DNA from: Sminthopsis crassicaudata
Lineage: Eukaryota
Length of the DNA: 64,000 nt
Reading direction: 5' to 3'
NCBI RefSeq assembly: GCF_048593235.1
Contig: NC_133620.1
Span: 397,201,261 to 397,265,260, forward strand
Shown: piece by piece, positions 61,430 through 64,000 of the stretch
Layout of the letters: every line of letters starts with the position of its first letter
How positions within the stretch are numbered: position 1 is the first letter of the stretch
Made by a program: the position numbers and the translations under genes
The notes under the pieces: model-generated
Told to the model about the DNA's origin: nothing
What the model saw: the letters and a program-made list of their open reading frames with translations, nothing else
The model's database searches: none

Positions 61430-61990
61430 AATAGGTAGATAGCTAGGAGTTCTTGTTTGAATAGAATATGATCTTTTCTGGGGTTGACCAAATATAATAG
61501 ATTAAGGGAGTTTACACTCACTTGTCAATATATATAGGCAATTCAAATTCCAGGACAGGAATTCCAAATTGAAACCTTAAGTGGATTGTTCCCACCACCA
61601 CCCCTATTACCTGTAATATACTTTTGCTAAATTTAACTAGTAGTAGAAATGGACAAATTGGAGTTTTGGGTTTATATTTTATGTTTTAAAAAACATAAAG
61701 TTAAAAAGCAACAGTCATTCCAGATCAGAAATCAATTGCAAATATTAATCCCTAGAGCACTATTGTTTAGAAATGGTCCAACACCCATTTTAGATAAAGG
61801 GTGACTATTTTAACTCCTTTCTCACCAAATGACTATTTGTACCAGACACATGACCAGCATAATAGGTGGACTATATAACAAACCATATGACCCCAATGTA
61901 ACAGGGATTTTTAGAGAGATCTCAGGGAGACTGAAGTTCCTCCTTTGTCATGATAAGGACAACAGCTGAGTGATCACTCCTTCACTCCTC
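61430..61990 (+). pseudogene. Ancient LTR-retroelement integrase remnant (ERV-L/Gypsy-like)
   Basis: Plus-strand translation gives LREFTLTCQYI..IPGQEFQIE..LVVEMD..WV, then LLFRNGPTPILDKG..YNKPYDPNVTGIFREISGRLKFLL. The motif order fits a DDE integrase core. Confidence 0.55.
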
Positions 61991-62479
61991 TATATTCAAG
62001 AATAGTATTGAGCTAAAAAGATATATTCCATATTAGATTTGAAGCCATGATTTTCTTATTGAAATATCCCATCAAATTCTTACTACAACAATAGTAGAAA
62101 ATAGTAGAAAAATAGTAGAAAAGTAGATATCAAACAACACTTATCAAATCGAAACAAGGAAGTAAAATAGTAATTAGAGATAGACAGCTTAATTTATCAG
62201 ATAGTATACACCAGAGTAAATAGAGGTGTACAACTTGAGAGAAAGATGAACTTTCAGTTCAGCTATTTAAAGAATCTCACAAGAAGTTGACTTTTAAAAT
62301 TACCCAGGTATGCAAGCACTGAGAATCAAACAAGTTACCAGGTCTTCCTAGAAAACAAGTCAATTTGTTACTTATTTGTTACCTAGCTTTATTAGCCTTA
62401 TTTGTTACCTAGATTTAATCACAGAATTGGTGTTACCTCATACAAACTGAGATCTGGGAATGATCTTAGCTTATATAAA

Positions 62480-62675
62480 TCAGTTCTCTCCCTACATTTG
62501 AGAGCATCTTCAGTCATCCTGACTTGCCACTGACCCCAGATGACACTGGAGGAAAGAATGAGGCTGGTGACTTTGTACAACCCAGACTCACTTAAATCCA
62601 ATTGACTAACAAGTGAAGAATTCACTTTCCTGGTGTCATTGGTCCTCTTTGAGAATGAAGGACAAACAACAATCA
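62480..62675 (-). mobile_element. RTE-related SINE (WALLSI4/RTESINE-type)
   Basis: gacttgccactgaccccagatgacactggaggaaagaatgaggctggtgactttgtacaaccc..gagaatgaaggacaaacaacaa. Confidence 0.7.
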
Positions 62676-62929
62676 TGCTTACAACTTGGAGCACAGTATT
62701 TAGATGGGAACCATCCTCTGATTCAACATTAAAACTTACATCTTCTTTGAGTCTTTCCCTTTCTATTTCTCTTAGTCAATTAGAAATCAAATTTCTCTTA
62801 TTACATACACAGTGTCATAGAACTATCCTTCTGGGAACTGCCAAGTCTGAGTTTAGAGTTATATAATGTAGCACTTTGTGCTTTAAGAATTTGAAGATTT
62901 GGTTGAAGATAAAAAATGAAAGGTTCCTC

Positions 62930-63680
62930 TGAACCCTACCCCTATCAGCTGGACACACCCTTTCTCCTCTCCTTCCTATTTATTCTTGAATGACAACCCT
63001 TGACTCCATCCCTACCAAAAGATTTCTTTTTGCATGCCTTGAGAGAGGAGGAGAAATAATGAAATAATGTGACCTGACAGCCCTACTCTCCTCTCAGACA
63101 TAAAGATCTCTCATTAGCCATTCAGAAACATGTATTAAAATTAATAAATCAAAATCATTATCACTCCTGAGCCCAAATCTACATTGAAATTAATCATTCT
63201 TACTAATACCAAAATCAGCCACAAACAATGAAATGCAAAAATCAAAAGCAGTTCTGATTGATGACACTTTATCATAGAGTAATTCAGTATTTCAGTACTG
63301 ATTCAATCAGGAATTATAAATGAACTAAAGCAATTTTGGATTAGACATACTGGTTTTTTACATGGAAGAAAAGTAGAAGAGGCATTTCACCATTTGCATG
63401 AATTCCACATCAGGAAAAATTTGTCACTGATCAGGCATGCTTCTTGCTCTAGTCTTGCCCATCTAGTCTTGGACAAAAATAGTGGTGACCCTAGTAGACC
63501 CTGACCACTGCCTATACTAGCTAGAGAGCTGTCTCTTTTACTCAATGTTCATTTTCTCTCCTCCTCTCACACACTCAATTCACCATTCTCCATCAACCAA
63601 TTTATTCCAAAACTCTGAATTCACTGTCCCTCATTCCTTCTGACTTTCTGTCTCGCTTCTACCCATTTCTAGTTCTCTTG
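62930..63680 (+). mobile_element. L2 LINE fossil
   Basis: C/T-rich L2-like sequence (ccaaactctgaattcactgtccctc, ttgactccatcc). Confidence 0.45.
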
Positions 63681-63746
63681 TCTCTGTCTCTCTCTTTCTC
63701 TGTCTCCGTTTCTCTCTGTGTGTGTCTCTGTCTCTGTCTCTCTCTC
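63680..63746. repeat. (TC)/(TG)-rich simple repeat
   Basis: Read directly from the sequence. Confidence 0.85.
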
Positions 63747-63749
63747 AAA

Positions 63750-64000
63750 GCAAAATTGGCCAAATGTGAAAGGAGGCACAAAAGCTCATTGAGGAAAATA
63801 ATTCTTTGAAAATTAGAATTGAGTCAATGGAGGCTGTTTATAAAAAATCAAAATACATTAAATAAATCCAAAAGAATAAAAAATAGGAAAAAATGTGAAA
63901 TATCTCATTGGAAAAAATCCAAGAGAGGTATTTTTAAAATTGATCTACCTTAAAACTATGATTAAAAAAAGAGTCTGAACATTATCTTTCAAAAAAATTA
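63750..64000 (+). mobile_element. L1 ORF1 fragment running off the window
   Basis: caaaagctcattgaggaaaataattctttgaaaattagaattg..aaatgtgaaatatctcattggaaaaa, similar to the ORF1 remnant at 21780-21920. Confidence 0.75.

Noticed and set aside
61840-62400. Possible non-retroviral endogenous viral element (borna-, filo- or parvovirus-like)
   Set aside because: Translations showed no motif I recognise from those families; the 5' part is better explained as integrase.
1-64000. tRNA, rRNA, snoRNA, CRISPR or NUMT sequences
   Set aside because: None recognisable; tRNA-like A/B-box sequence occurs only as SINE heads and PBS sites.

Overview
AT-rich, repeat-dominated marsupial genomic DNA. The marsupial call rests on WSINE1-type SINEs, RTE LINEs and marsupial-type L1 ends; a dasyurid source is an inference. 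The one host gene found is the 5' part of CATSPERE (CatSper epsilon, C1orf101) on the + strand. It has eight small coding exons between 18952 and 60821, all with AG/GT boundaries, splicing into one open frame of 181 codons: MFWKKVVAAGVLLLLGYSSALWRYRTNSKNYAIFSTRTTIHLEYEGPNFIEWEAPVDCDFSNRSLPKTEMLCEVEGVHIIRPKILGKSEEAEKRYLFVDRPTECFLWYYQSSQVTNKSLQNIMMWIYDPENAGPDELYNNASYPSVNSRSITRQFLSMGEDPLVVSGISFEVYYPEVNKREG. The gene continues beyond the window, and none of these exons is annotated by the ORF track. The rest is layered mobile DNA: a deleted betaretrovirus-like provirus (660-5630) with a second LTR nested in its 3' LTR, an orphan betaretroviral RT, an RTE LINE, many L1s (several with clear target-site duplications), tRNA-Leu-primed ERV-L-like LTR elements, an old integrase remnant, and SINE, L2, CR1 and DNA-transposon fossils. 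I found no convincing wholly new biological system. The best leads are two TSD-flanked L1 inserts lacking the L1 3' end, a miniature LTR-leader-LTR element, a predicted 5'UTR intron and tandem splice donor in CATSPERE, and the integrase fossil. All family names and comparisons with human CATSPERE come from recall, not from database searches.
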